Positions 40,819 to 55,300 of a stretch of DNA of 64,000 bases are shown here, piece by piece; within the stretch, counting starts at the first letter, position 1; each line of letters starts with the position of its first letter. The translations under genes were made by a program, and so were the position numbers. The notes under the pieces are model-generated. The model saw nothing but the letters and a program-made list of their open reading frames with translations. It did no database searches and was not told the origin of the DNA. The DNA is from Eledone cirrhosa (Eukaryota): NCBI GenBank assembly GCA_964016885.1, contig OZ024747.1, positions 19,282,001-19,346,000 of the forward strand, read 5' to 3'.

Positions 40819-41168
40819 TCCTTTGTCAGTGTTGAACAAACGAGCAACGATGGTTGCTGGACACTACGGCTTAATACGGGATGTTTGTTTACAAACACAC
40901 CGAGCATTATAATAAATGTTCGGTGAATCCATACGTACATATATATATGTGTGCATGTATGTATATATATATACATACTACTGTACGTCTGTATACATAT
41001 ATGTATGTACGTGTACATACTTATATTTAAGTAACAGCCCTACTAAGAGTGGGAAATGAAATTTCGTTTCATTTTTTCCGTTTATATATATATATATATA
41101 TATATGAATATATATATATATATATGAATTTATATATACATACAAATTTAAATATATATGTATATATA

Positions 41169-41277
41169 TCACCTTGATCACCTTGACCGACCAGTCAGTC
41201 GGGCGCCAATCGGCGCCGCTGGTCACAACACGTCGTGCTGTTTTAGCCATAAGATAACGCCATCCCACTGGCTGGGC

Positions 41278-41282
<5 letters not shown>
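41169..41282 (-). mobile_element. GC-rich probable LINE 3'-end fragment in (TA)n
   Basis: Isolated GC-rich island; the minus strand ends TGGTCGGTCAAGGTGATCAAGGTGA(TA)n. Confidence 0.35.
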
Positions 41283-41329
<47 letters not shown>

Positions 41330-41347
41330 GTATCAATGTATATATAT

Positions 41348-41423
<76 letters not shown>

Positions 41424-41914
41424 TTATATATGTATATATGTATATATACTTATGTATGAATGAATGTATGTATGTATATATATATGTGTATGCATGCATG
41501 CATGTATGCTTGTATATATATATTCTTTATTATGGCTATGTGGTGAGTCTTGTTCTTTAAACTTTACTTCAGCATTGTCTACACGCTCTCGTGTCCAACA
41601 ACATCACATGGATATATATGAGGTCAAATCACAGCGAGGTCAAATTTACCTTTCAAATGCATATGAAGCACCCAGAACAATAATAACAATAACACAAACA
41701 AAAAACAGACTCGAAGAATGGTGCGGTGCGTTGATATGTGATAACCTTATTTGTAAAAATGTAGTTCTCAGAATTGATCTAGGATAGTGATTACTTTTGG
41801 AATGATCAGTAACCCTAAAGATAGTTACTTTAATTTCTGTCTGAAAAGCGTATTTCGATCTTTGTGAAATATTAATATATATAACATATTCCTACTTTGT
41901 TTCTCAAGAGTGTT

Positions 41915-42110
41915 AATAATTGTTTCTACTTTTGGCACAAGGCCAGCAATTATCCCAGTGTATTACTGGTACTTTATTTTATCGACCCCGTAAGGATGAA
42001 AGGCAAAGTTAACCTCGGCGGGATTTGAACTCAGATCATAAAGGGCCGTAACTCTTTGTTGCAAAGCATGGCATCCGACCCTCTACCGATATTGCCAAAC
42101 CACCACCCTT
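41915..42110 (-). mobile_element. SINE family 1, full length, TSD GAGTGTTA(A/C)TAAT
   Basis: Consensus match plus flanking duplication. Confidence 0.92.
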
Positions 42111-42908
42111 GAGTGTTACTAATGTGAGATCTGTTGCTACATTGTTGGAGTACATAATATATAGTTTATAATCTTAATAAAGCAATGCTTTTATCATGTG
42201 CTTGTTGTGTTCACATATCATACAAATGGACATTAATCTCTCATATGGTTAAGGCCATCGATTAACCGGTAATAAGCACTGGATTTACTTGAAACTCGTC
42301 GCTTAGAAATGATTAATTTTATATATAATTTCATACGCTCGACTAGTCTTCACTCATAAATCCCTGATTATGTTTTCTTAGTTTGGAACCAAATTATGAA
42401 CTATTTCGCCATCGTATGGATGTCTAATGACGGCTGAAAGATCTACAAGAAGAAAAAATGCAGAGCAATAACCCATTTCTTTACTATACATAAGAAATTA
42501 TTACTGTTATACAGGGTGTAATAATTTTATACCTACATAAAGATCGATAACTAATAGCTATAAATGTCAAACAAACACCAAGACTTGTCAAATTTGCATA
42601 ATCATTCATTTATCAGCTACGGGGATAATAATTGAACATTTTTATGTACAATATAGCGCATATTGAAAAATCTGAAATTTCAATTGTGGGTATATTTATC
42701 ACTTATAAATATAAACCCTGCAGCGAATGTAAACATATGTAAACAGAATTTGTATATTTTTTCGTGAGCAGGAATGTATTAAGGGTGTTCTTAATAGTTT
42801 CTTTACAAAAACATGTATATATGTAAACATATTCACAATATATTCGCACGTACGCTGTTTTAGTACTGTAGCAAACTCCTCAACAACACACTCATGTATG
42901 CTCCCTGC

Positions 42909-42967
<59 letters not shown>

Positions 42968-42975
42968 CATACATA

Positions 42976-43009
<34 letters not shown>

Positions 43010-43150
43010 TATGTATGTATATATATATATAAAGAGAGAGATGTATATCTATCTATCTATCTATCTATCTATTTATCTATTTATCTATCTATCCATCTCT
43101 CTCTCTCTATATATACATACATAATACATACATACATACATACATACATA

Positions 43151-43260
<110 letters not shown>

Positions 43261-43312
43261 ATAGGGAAAGAGATGGATAGATAGAGAGATAAATATATAT
43301 ATATATGTATAT

Positions 43313-43361
43313 ATTTCAATGATTTATTGGTATATTAGTACTGAAGCATGCATGTGTGTAC

Positions 43362-43425
<64 letters not shown>

Positions 43426-43476
43426 GCGTACACACATGCATGCTTCAATACTAATATATCAATAAATCATTGAAAT
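43313..43476. repeat. 50-bp inverted repeat centred on a (TA)n tract
   Basis: 43313-43362 versus 43427-43476, 2 mismatches. Confidence 0.85.
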
Positions 43477-43708
43477 GCGATGGAATAAATAACAAAGAAA
43501 AGAAATGATATGAAGGAAAAACAGGAACAAATATAACAGAAAATGAAAGACGTCGTGACTTATGTAATGTAATTTATCTACTTTTGAAATCCAAGCCGGT
43601 TCCAACGTCAGTGGAAGTGGGCGGTGGATGTGATTATGTTATATATACCAGTAAAGAAGTTTTTGAAAAAAAATTGTATATAAGAAATTACTACGAAATA
43701 AAGAAGAA

Positions 43709-43712
43709 TATA

Positions 43713-43809
<97 letters not shown>

Positions 43810-43845
43810 TAAATATATATGTATATATCTATATATATATATATG

Positions 43846-43884
<39 letters not shown>

Positions 43885-44068
43885 GTATATGTATATATAT
43901 ATATGTATGTATACATATATATACATATATATATATGTATATATATATATATACATATATATATATGTATATATAGATATATATATATACATATATACAT
44001 ATGTATATATATATATGTATGTATACATATATATATACATATATATATATGTATATATATATATATAC

Positions 44069-44099
<31 letters not shown>

Positions 44100-44280
44100 T
44101 ATACATATATACATATGTATATATATATATGTATGTATACATATATATATACATATATATATGTATATATATATGTATATATATATATGTATATATATAT
44201 GTATATATATACATATATATATATATATACATACATACATACACACACATATATATATATGTATGTATATATATATATAC

Positions 44281-44319
<39 letters not shown>

Positions 44320-44340
44320 CATACATATATATATATATAT
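43709..44340. repeat. Long (TA)n/(TACA)/(TATG) array
   Basis: Directly visible. Confidence 0.9.
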
Positions 44341-44943
44341 AAAACCACAATGTACCCAATAATATTAAAAACAAACAAACAATAATTTAAATCTTCGTCA
44401 CATTTCCTGGCATGATCAAAGGTGATGTAAAGCCCTCTCTAGAAACTTCACATAAAACAACCTTTCAATCACCATCCAGATCTTAGTGGTCTAGTCACAG
44501 CTTCATTGTTAATTTTCACTAATGCATCATGGGCTTCCCTGTGCGATACGTGCATAAATCACGATGGATGTTGGTCGTTAATCTTATTTTAGTTGGATTG
44601 TCTCGTATTAGAGCAACTATGGCAGAGTGCGAAAGAGAGAGGCGAAAGAGGGAGAGGCGAGAGAGAGAGAGAGAGCGAGAGAGAGGCGCGAGAGAGAGAG
44701 AGAGAGAAGTAGTGAAAGAAGAAATGAAAGGGAGAGAAAGAGAAAGAGGGGGATAGGGTGAAAAGGTGAGAAAGAGGTTAGTCAGTTAGAAAGATAGAGA
44801 CAAGTAGTGGAAAGAAAGGGCGAAACAGCTATACAGAGAAACGGAGATAGGAAACATTTTATACACATACACATACACATACACATACAGCCATACACAG
44901 CCGCATACACACACGCGCCATCACACACTTGCACTCATACAGC

Positions 44944-45021
<78 letters not shown>

Positions 45022-45061
45022 TGAAAACATGGCGTGCTGCGTGGTTGCAAATGGGTTACAC

Positions 45062-45095
<34 letters not shown>

Positions 45096-45812
45096 TTATA
45101 TATATATATACATATATACACAAAGAAAGGTTAGAAGGAGAGATAAGGAGAGAGAAGGAAAATTGGAAGGAAATAAAAATGAAACAAAGACACCGTGATC
45201 ATGCAGGCATTTGTGTCCGAATCTAAATCAATCTGACCCAACATATAACAGCATATGATGGAAAGGGAGAGAATGAGTAGATATAATATAACGAAGTAAA
45301 ATAACAAGGATACAACATAACATTGAAACAAGAATTAAATTATAAATAAAAGAAACAAAATATATGGAAGGAAACATTTCCTATTTGCCTTAGTTTGATG
45401 AAAGCACAGAAATATAGTCCCTTGCTATTTCTATGAAATAGTTTTCCAAACGTCCGTGACAATAAATACAGCCACAAATGATTTTAACAACACTAGATCT
45501 GCCAAGTAGTAGTTAAAATAACAATAACTGCAATTCCAATATACCATTTTCCTTTAATACTCAGCAGCGACAATGTGGTGAGTATTAAATGAGTGTTGTA
45601 GTTGATTTGATCAACGTAACTTGCTCGTGAAGTGAACGTGCAGATGGCTGATAGGTGTACACTTAACGTAGATCTCAGGGAGATCTAGGGACCACCTCAG
45701 CAACAGCCTGCAGCAACAGCCTGCAGCAACAGCCTGCAGCAACAGCAGAGGGAACAATTGAAACAGCGGTTACAAGAACTACCAATTTATCGCCCTAGAT
45801 ATATACATTTGT

Positions 45813-45930
45813 GAAGGCGCGTGGCTGAGTGGTAAGAGAATTGGATTCACAATCGTGAGGCTGTAAGTTCGATTCCTGGAACGGGCGATGCGTTATGTCC
45901 TTGAGCAAGACACTTTATTTCACGTTGCTC
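45813..45930 (+). mobile_element. SINE family 2, 5' part (tRNA head plus CORE-like domain)
   Basis: A-box TGGCTGAGTGG, B-box GTTCGATTCC, then TGTCCTTGAGCAAGACACTTTATTTCACGTTGCTCC. Confidence 0.75.
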
Positions 45931-45989
45931 CTTCTGCCTGGAGTTGCGACCGATAGATAGTATTAGCAATTGGAAAGATATATATATAT

Positions 45990-46182
45990 ATAGGAACAAG
46001 TAAGACCCCGACGGCTGAGCTCAAGCCGTTTCGACGGCTAATTCTGGACCAGAATTAGCCGTCGAAACGGCTTGAGCTCAGCCGTCGGGGTCTTACTTGT
46101 TCCTATTTCCCACTCTACTACCCTAAGTATTGAGTACTTTGGTGCGTTATGGTCCACCTGGTTCCTTACCACATTTCCTTCG
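45990..46182 (+). mobile_element. Family A fold-back cassette in (TA)n
   Basis: Perfect ~56-bp arms around the loop GGACC (46046-46050); nearly identical to 3709-3899. Confidence 0.82.
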
Positions 46183-46254
<72 letters not shown>

Positions 46255-46552
46255 ATAAAAAAACAAACATTAACAGTACTAATCAACATACTAACAAGAG
46301 AAAAGGTTGTGACAGCCATAGCCTGAGGTGCCAGCAATAAACTAGAATCCAGACTTTTCTGCTTCCAGGGCACAATCTGAGGAAGCTGAAAAAATAACAT
46401 CGTCCTTATTATCATGAACCTATGAGCAAAACACCGGAGGGTCCCCTCGAAGTAATACGTGTTATTTATCTTGTGACGTTGAAGATCACATAAAGGCTGG
46501 AATGCAAGAAAAATCAGTCTCAGGTATCAAAAGAAAAGGAACGGTATTATAG

Positions 46553-47028
46553 AAATAATTGTTTCTGCTTTTAGCACAAGGCCAGCAATTAACCAGTGCA
46601 TTACTGGAACTTTATTTTAACGACCCCGTAAGGATGAAAGGCAAAGTTAACCTCGGCGGGATTTGAACTCAGAATGGCAAGGACCGTAACTCTATGCGTC
46701 AAAGCATGGCGTCCGACCCTCTCCCGATACTGCTAATCCACCGCCCTTAATAATTGTTTCTACTTTTGGCACAAGGCCAGCAATTATTCAGTAGATTACT
46801 GGTACTTTATTTTATCGACCCCATTAGGATGAAAGGCAAAGTTATAGAAATAATTGTTTCTACTTTAGGCACAAGGCCAGCAATTACCCAGTAGATTACT
46901 GGTACTTTATTTTATCGACCCCCGTAAGGATGAAAGGCAAAGTCAACCTCGGCGGGATTTGAACTCAGATCGTAAAGGGACGTAACTATGCTGGAAAGCA
47001 TGGCGTCCGACCCTCTACCGATACTGCC
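46553..47028 (-). mobile_element. Array of three SINE family 1 copies
   Basis: ~46553-46748, 46749-46844 (truncated) and 46849-47028; TSD TTATAGAAATAAT. Confidence 0.9.
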
Positions 47029-47514
47029 GAAGAGGACCGTACACCACCCTGGGGCAATGTGAGCTTTACTGCTATGCAAAGAATCAACGAGTAACTGATA
47101 TAAATAACTTAAAACTACATGGATGATGTATTGATTGAGGAGCAGATGATAAACTATAAGTGAAAATTATCCCGATAATCAACTATGGCTTGAAACTAGA
47201 ATGCCTCAAGACATTCACTCCTTTTACGTGTAAGATGTACTTCACTTATATTGCTAATATTCAGAGAGTGAAGGTTATCATTTGTGACATCACGAAATCT
47301 TATTGTTGTTTGTGCTGGAGACGCTTACAGAGAACTAAACTCAATATAAATTAATTACTTCAGTAGCCTGAAGTAAAGAAAGATGACATGACGGCCACAT
47401 CACGTATGATTATTGATCACGTATGATTATTGATCTGAGTATCAAAGGCGCTTTGATACTCAGAAAGCCGGCCCTTTCTAGCACTTCTGCGTCAGGTGTA
47501 AAATATGTTCAACC

Positions 47515-47835
47515 AATGTTTAATACATGTCTTAAACACTTCTGGATTTGAACGAATCGTCGATATGACTTCCATTTCTCAGGCGGTGATCTGCTGACAC
47601 AGATACAAGATTTGGTGAAATGTTTCAAATACCCGCCTGTGTAATCTTGTTTTTCATGTGTCCCAGACACGATTGAAACCGTCTTAACTGTTATGTTAAG
47701 CTCACAGTCTAGTAACATATCACTGAAGACAGAACTTCCAACAGAGAGGTCTCGTTCTAAACAATTTTCCTGCAAATGTCTCACGCCATAGGTCATATCA
47801 CATGTTCCTCTACCAAATCTAAATCTACATTGAGA
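47515..47835 (-). pseudogene. Decayed, internally deleted RTE reverse transcriptase fragment
   Basis: SQCRFRFGRGTCDMTYGVRHLQENCLE (compare QCGFR.GRGT.DMIF..RQLQEKC.E) and W.SYRR...QKCLRHVLNI. Confidence 0.65.
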
Positions 47836-48131
47836 TAGTACAACGCTCGCACACACAAACTAGCGCGTACACACTCATACATATATACTTACGTATGTAT
47901 ATATGTACATACATATACACTTGTGTACGTACATACATATATAAAATGCCAAAGAACAAATTCTTTTATCCTTCCCAAGTTAAATGGGGCAGAAACTGAA
48001 ATGTTTCAAAAGATTCTATCAACGATTCTATCAACGAAATAATCCGAAGCACACATTTTATCGTTAAGTACAAATGTTGTAAATTTGAATCTTCCATGGA
48101 GACATGATGTAACTCGTCCGTTTCTCTCTTA

Positions 48132-48189
<58 letters not shown>

Positions 48190-48265
48190 GCTGCCACTAC
48201 TACTACTACTACTACTACTGTCTTGGGCATTATTATTATTTACAAGGATAAAGAAAATGAGACTA

Positions 48266-48454
48266 ATAATAATTGTTTCTACTTTTGGCACAAGGCCAGC
48301 AATTACCCAGTGTATTACTGGTACTTTATTTTATCGACCCCATAAGGATGAAAGGCAAAGTTAACCTCGGCGGGATTTGAACTCAGAATGGCAAGGGCCG
48401 TAACTCTATGCGTCAAAGCATGGCGTCCGACCCTCTACCGATACTGCCAATCCA
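48266..48454 (-). mobile_element. SINE family 1, TSD AATGAGACTAATAATAAT
   Basis: Consensus match plus flanking duplication. Confidence 0.92.
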
Positions 48455-48480
48455 CTGCCAATGAGACTAATAATAATAAT

Positions 48481-48990
48481 CTAGTCCAGACTTATCATAA
48501 ACGATGGAGGCATATCACAGGAAGAGTATTCCACCGGCATTTATACAAACTGAATAATTTACCCCACTCTGAGAAGTGGTATAAGCATAAGCCAGAGTCG
48601 GTGATAGAAAAGGACTGGGTGAAGGTGATGTGGGTTTTGAGGATACAAACAGATAAAGAATTAGAACACAATAGGCCTGACCTGGTGGTTTTTTGACAAG
48701 GAAGAAAGATCTTGATTAATTATAGATGTAGCTTGTCACTTTGACACAAGAGAGAACAAAAAGGAGAATGAGAAAATGTACGGGTACCAGGATCTAAAGT
48801 GGGACCTGAAAAGGATTTGAGATAGTCATGTGATCAAGGTCGTCTCGACCCTCGTAGGAGCACTAGGCACTATCTCGAAAAGTTTCCAAGGCTGGCTAAA
48901 GAACATTAGCCTACTCTTTTTTTTAAAACACTTCGAAAGGCATGCCTACTGGGAACAGTAAGAACCTTCCGATAGGTACTGATTACCCCA
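48481..48990 (+). pseudogene. R4/Dong-type non-LTR retrotransposon 3' fragment (RLE domain), frameshifted
   Basis: KWYKHKPESVIEKDWVKVMW..RIQTDKELEHNRPDLVVF, then IIDVACHFDTRENKKENEK...YQDLKWDLKRI...LVGALGTISK; starts at (AAT)n. Confidence 0.85.
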
Positions 48991-50045
48991 GGCTTCAGAT
49001 AGCAGCTTGATGTTTTGGGCAAATTTTTCGGTTAAATAACATCAATGCCTGAAATATCAAATTCATAACAATAATAATAATTATACTACTACTAATAATG
49101 ATGATGATGATGATGATGGTGATGGTGTTGACGGCGATGATGATGATGACGACGATGATGAGGACGATAATAATAACAACATTGATAAGCACAACAAGAA
49201 CAAGAAGAGCATCGACAATAAAATAATTAATATCTCTAAAAACGTGAAGTAATACAAAGAAGAGTTTTCAATAATAACATTAAGTACAACAAAAACAACA
49301 GATCCAATATCTATCTACTCCTGTCTTAGGATAATTAATTATAGTGCAATTTGTTATAAAATGAATTGGTCTTGCGTTAATATTCGAAACTGATAATGAG
49401 AGACTTTGCGAAAAATAATTAATGGTCATTACGCTTGTATTTCCAAATTGTCAATATTTCTATCTCTTAGAGTATTAATAATGATTATGCCAAAAAAAAA
49501 AAAAAAAATACAAAACAAAAAATACAAATAAGAAAACAAGAAAAAGAGAAAAAACACTTGTTATATTATTAGATTTAAAACCTGTGGTTGATAACGATTA
49601 AAACATTCTTCTATTGTTTATTTTCTACATACATATTGTCATATCTATAGATGGCTATAGTTAGCTATTGTTGTTTAGCCCAAGGTCAGTAGTGATTGGA
49701 CAGACTTATAGTCAACTATAATCTAGCTATAATCTAGCTATATCTAATGTACGTTGGCCATTTTTGAAAACTATAAGCTCTGAACTGAGATAGATTTAGC
49801 AACTATATCTAGTTGGTCTAAATCTTTGGTAGAGCTCTCTCAATAGCACCATATTTTGATATTTTGTCTATGTAGACTGTTAGGTATCGAAGGTCTGTAT
49901 GTAACATTACTGACCAATGTGCAAAACATATGGATATCAAGTATCTGATAAGTGGTACCAATATGTCTTAGAAAGTGTGATTGATGACAGAAATAAACTC
50001 TAAATATCATAATTTAGGACTTCATTATTCTCTTGCAGGTGAGTT

Positions 50046-50232
50046 GGGTGGTGAATTGGCAGTATCGGTAGAGGGACGGACATGCTTTCCAGCATAGTTA
50101 CGTCCCTTTACGATCTGAGTTCAAATCCCACCGAGATTAACTTTGCCTTTCATCCTTACGGGGTCGATACAATAAAGTACCAGTAATGTACTGGGTAATT
50201 GCTGGCCTTGTGCTAAAAGTAGAAATAATTAT
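50046..50232 (+). mobile_element. SINE family 1, TSD ATTATTCT(C/A)TTGCAGG
   Basis: Consensus match plus flanking duplication. Confidence 0.9.
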
Positions 50233-50244
50233 TCTATTGCAGGC

Positions 50245-50432
50245 CTGAACACAACATTCCTGATATTGTAGTTATTTAAATAACTATATGTGATGTCACC
50301 ATCCCAAGTGACCAAATCATAGACTTGAACGAAATTGAAAAATCCTGAAATATACTGACTTGATGATTAAAATTGCAGAAATGTGTTCAATACTATTTCA
50401 CAGAATCAAAATAATTCCAGTTCTCATAGGAG
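50245..50432 (+). pseudogene. Decayed R4/Dong-type RLE fragment
   Basis: Pieces EHNIPDIVVI, ICDVTIPSDQIIDLNEIEK, KYTDLMIKIAEM and IIPVLIG. Confidence 0.55.
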
Positions 50433-50512
50433 TTTGAACTGTATACCACTAAATTGAGGTGGTATATTCTGTGCATAGCCTCCGAAACACAAGTGACTCT
50501 CTACGAAAAACT

Positions 50513-50570
<58 letters not shown>

Positions 50571-51689
50571 AATGAATCAACTATTCATACTAAGTAAAAA
50601 ACAAAAACATCTAAACAAATAATAACAAACCTGAAAAAACATAAAAAAAGTGACGACAGCTTAGAAGTAAAAAGAAATACTTAATTATTCCTTTAAGTGT
50701 TAGATAATATAGTTTCTTGAAAAGATGTTATTTGAAACAAATATCAAACAATATTACTGCAAGAAACAAAAACAAGAAAAATACAAAAGAAAAAAAGAAT
50801 GGAAAAACACAAAAAGATCTTTTACAATGGATGTCATACCAACCTGAACAGAAATCCAAACATATTTTGAAAAAAATATACACCAATAGAATACAATAAT
50901 ATGAAAGCGAAAAATTGATTAGAATAGAAAAATGTAATAACAACACAACGATGGAATTTCGTTGCGGACGCTGATCTGTTGAATTATCAGCCAAATCTTT
51001 TTCAATTGTCACGCTAACGTTTGAACAATGGATGCATATAGTGGATTATGTAGTACTGAATATAATATGGTAAAAATATCAAGAATGTATTATCATAGCT
51101 TAAATGTCGGTCACTCTAACATTAAAATAAAAACCTGGTGAAATTCATCAATAAAATACTAGTATCACCTGGATTGCTACTAAAATTAATAAAGTTCTCA
51201 TTTAGTCTTTGTAGAGAAGACTGTGACAACAATATTCAATAAATTATTAAATAGATCAGAATCAACATCTGATTTATTACTATGGCCGGTAAAAGTATTA
51301 TTTCCGTAAAACAGGATCACGGGAGAGACACAATAAATTGGAAAGCAATAACTTGATTAACAACTCACAATATCATGATAGATATACTTCTAAATAGTAC
51401 AGATACCTATCTGGAAATTATACCATCTTATTTGAAGGAATAGAAAAAGTGTCAGAAAGTGATGTAAAGAAACATTATTGAACTGAATAGTTAATGAAAA
51501 CGCTAAAAAGAGGCACAACATGTTTTGATTACCGAAAAACCTGGGTGTAGGAGATCCCGCTGCTAGAATATCAGTACCCCCACCATGCTCCATCTAAATG
51601 GAAAACAACAATAACCTCTGCAAGATATCTGACTCTATTAACAAATGTCATGAATAAAACCATCAATAGTTATGAATGCTATGTTGAAA

Positions 51690-52365
51690 TTGCAAAACAA
51701 TTTCATCTCTATAGATGAAATATAATTATTTACAGCACATAATGCTTTTCTAGACAACCTACAATCAATTGTACATAAATTTAGTCTAGATATTCAAATG
51801 AGTATGGGGGTTAGACAAATGTGCCATAACATCACTTAGCGCAAGCAACTTAATCAAAACTGAATACTTTAAATTATACTTATAAAATTAATTCGGAGAT
51901 TGAGAAAATAATCCGGAATTTAATTACTTAGTAGTTGGCATTAATTAGATGCAATACCAAACATCAGATTATTATTAAAATATGCGTCAGACAACATGTT
52001 TTGTGGCATAGAGTCATGGCCTTTTACGTTCAAATCCCGCCGATGTTAGTTTTGCCTTTCATCCTTACAGGGTCGATGAAATAAAGCACCAGTAATGCAC
52101 TGGGATCGATTTTAATGGACTTTTCCTTCCCCCAAATTGCTGGCCTTGTGCCTATAGTAGAACTCATTATTAAAAACTGGAGTGAATGCCTTGAACAACA
52201 TAATAGATATAAAGATACAAGTCAACCTAGCCATAAACTAGAATTACGATATAATAAATTGTTTGTTAATTGAATTGAAGACATGGTGGAAAATTAGAAA
52301 CATGGTCGGTACATTGGACGCCCTCCGTCCTAAAGACGTCAACATCAGATTATATTTATTAGAGA
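51690..52365 (+). pseudogene. Decayed R4/Dong-type RT fragment interrupted by a SINE family 1 copy (~52000-52170, +)
   Basis: Pieces IVHKFSLDIQMSMG/LDKCA (compare FS.DI.MEFGLDKCA), LKTGVNALNNI and ALRPKDVNIRLYL. Confidence 0.5.
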
Positions 52366-53900
52366 TTGAAACAGGAAATTTAAAAATCTCGTCAAGGCAA
52401 AATGAAAATCACCAATGTTATTGAAAATAAAGAGATGATAATGGATCTAGTGCCATTGTCATACGGATGATTTTCCAGGGAGGCGCTTTATCCATACTAC
52501 ACACCTCTTAATCATCTGGCTTCTCTAAAAATTCTGCTGACTTGAACAACAAACATGCTATCGACATACAAGTATTAGTTATTTCAATCTTTCCATAATT
52601 TGGCTTGAGTATTGTGCATTGATTCAGCAGTGATGTTAAAACGAAATGAGTATTGAATGAGAAAAAGTCTATTATACAAAACTATGCAAAGGCTATTATG
52701 CAAAACAGCATATCGATTGAAATGCAAACTATTAAGATATATTAAGGCAGGCAAAGGACTCTTAGCTCTTGATGGAGGGAGTCGTAGGGGCGTGTCTTGG
52801 GCGTTTAAAACTGAATATAGCCGATTTCTTCTAGACAAGGAGAGAAAGAGCGAGAGAAGAGGTGAAACATGGAAGTAGAATCGACCTTAAAAAAGATGAA
52901 AAGTGAAGTTGAGCTCAGTGGAGAAAATACTGTGGCATTTAAAAAATAATGTCTTAAGGACTTAACCAATTCATCATCTTATTAAGGTATGTTAAGATAC
53001 TTAAATCTCAGAATTAGAAGAGAACCCCATATATATACATTCTTATGAGTATATGAAGATATTACAGCAACATAAACGAAGAAATATATTAGAACTGGGT
53101 AGCTGAAAATGTGCGGTTAATACTAAAAAGCAATAACGGAGTAGCAGATATAATATAATTGGTATAGATACTCACCATTCAAGACATAAACTATAGTTCC
53201 AATGCAATAAATTGATGCCGAGTGAATTGAAGAGACTAGTACGGAAAACTAGAATGGTATTTATTACATTTCAAGACCATAATTTGAAAGATAGAACTTA
53301 TCTATATATATACACATATCACGTATGTATAGAGAAAATACATAAAACTCACTGAGGGCTATTATAAAGTAACAACGGTAAACGATAAAATGCATATAAG
53401 TAAGCAAAGCAAAAGATACATAGATCATTTTTTAAAAATCTGGTCTCAGTCATTCGACAACAGCCATGCTGGGGCTTCAAAGGTAAAGTCCGCTGTATTG
53501 ACCGAAATACATGTTTCAGTGTTGTACATATTTTACGAATCTACATGCACCGAATGACTAAATTATGTCTTTGACACAAGGCGACACGAATTGTTAAATC
53601 AGTAAACATACACGTACACGCATATACACTCTCATTCATCAGCACACGTGTAAATACACATGCACAACAAATGAACATACAAACACGCACACACACACAC
53701 TTACACAGACACAAACACACAAACACACAGCCACACACACACAACCCCCCCCCACATATAGATTGATCTTCTTGAGAGTTTATCTCTATCAAATTCCCCT
53801 CAAGCGTCAGATAAAGCAACAGGAACTTGCCAAAAAATCCATGGAATGGGTTCCAACATAGAAACAGTCAAAATTCATTTCATGTAGGCCGATAACTGTA

Positions 53901-53931
<31 letters not shown>

Positions 53932-54985
53932 CTCCCCCGTCCCCTCCTATCACCCTGCTTTCACTTATATTACAAACTATTTAGAATATATTTTCATTAA
54001 TGTCACTTAATAACATGTACTTTGGTACATTGAATTGTGTCCACTTTGTTACAAAAATGTGTCTCCGGCTCTCAGTTTGAAGATACTTTCTTATCTTCCG
54101 CAACTCTCGACAAATACTTGACAAGAGCCATAGGCACTGCCCGTTTCTACCTGACAAAACGGAAAAAAACAAACTACTCTATGATAGTCGAAAGTTATTA
54201 AATTTTCAAACAATTATTTTTTGTTTTATTTGTGGTGTTAAATTAGGTACGACAAGAATGGGGAAAAAAAACCACCTAATGTGTCAAAGAAATGTGTTAA
54301 TTTGTTTTGTCTTTAACAAAGATGTACATAGATATGTTTATAAAGAACGGTTCATATATACTAAGACGAAGAATACATTTGGTAAAGAAATGACACAGGA
54401 AGCTACATTTTCTATGGGTTTATTATTTACTTTCTTTCTTAGTTAAGAACACAAAAAACAACAAAAAAGTATCTAAAATTAATGGGTAAAGATAAAAGAA
54501 AGCTTGCTAAGGAGAAACTGTCAAAATGTTGATAAATGGAAATATAGAATATTTATAACATTTCTATGGTTTAAATAAACAAATAAATAAAAAAAAAAAA
54601 AAAAATATACGATTTAAAAGAAAGTTTTTTCTCACAATATAATTAAATTTCTGAAAACATTGGTTTGTGGTATTCAAAATTTCCTTTCTATTTTCAGCTT
54701 AAACTCTATACATATTGCACGATAACTAACTTTGTATGCTCTGAAACAATTGAAAATTAAAGCAATCGTAAAAAAAAGAAATTGCAAGCTGTGAATATCT
54801 TTAAATTTAATCACGACTAAAATGTCTTCAAAACTTTTAAAGAACAATATTGTCTATTTAAAATTATATACATAAATTAAGAGTAAATAGTTAAAATCAT
54901 CATAACTAAATGTATAAGCCTTCGTTATCCCAATTGTGAATATAACCAAAATTTAGATTGGAGTTACAAACTAAATAAAGAGTCA

Positions 54986-55054
<69 letters not shown>

Positions 55055-55070
55055 GTCTGTCCATCTATCC

Positions 55071-55300
55071 ATCAGAGGAAAGCCGCCTCTTTTTCGTTTT
55101 TACAACATAATCCTGGAGTTGAGGGTTGTTCTATCTACGGGGTATAAAGCAACCCATTTGTGACGCCTCCCCCCTATTGGGGATTTCGATTGTTATATTT
55201 TCATTTTAAAATCTTTTTTTACACGACTGTATGTAAAATCCCCGTCATATGTATTTGTATTGTCCCATTTTCTTGTGCGCCCTTGTGGCAAATAAAGAAA
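55071..55300 (+). mobile_element. Probable LINE 3' UTR inserted in (TATC)n
   Basis: Unique 230 bp ending GCCCTTGTGGCAAATAAAGAA, bracketed by (TATC)n on both sides. Confidence 0.45.

Noticed and set aside
45813-45890. Genuine tRNA gene
   Set aside because: The A/B boxes run directly into a CORE-like SINE body, with no clean cloverleaf or terminator.
46377-46400. CTGAGGA-AGCT-GAAA core-like match
   Set aside because: No stem III or stem I; a chance match.
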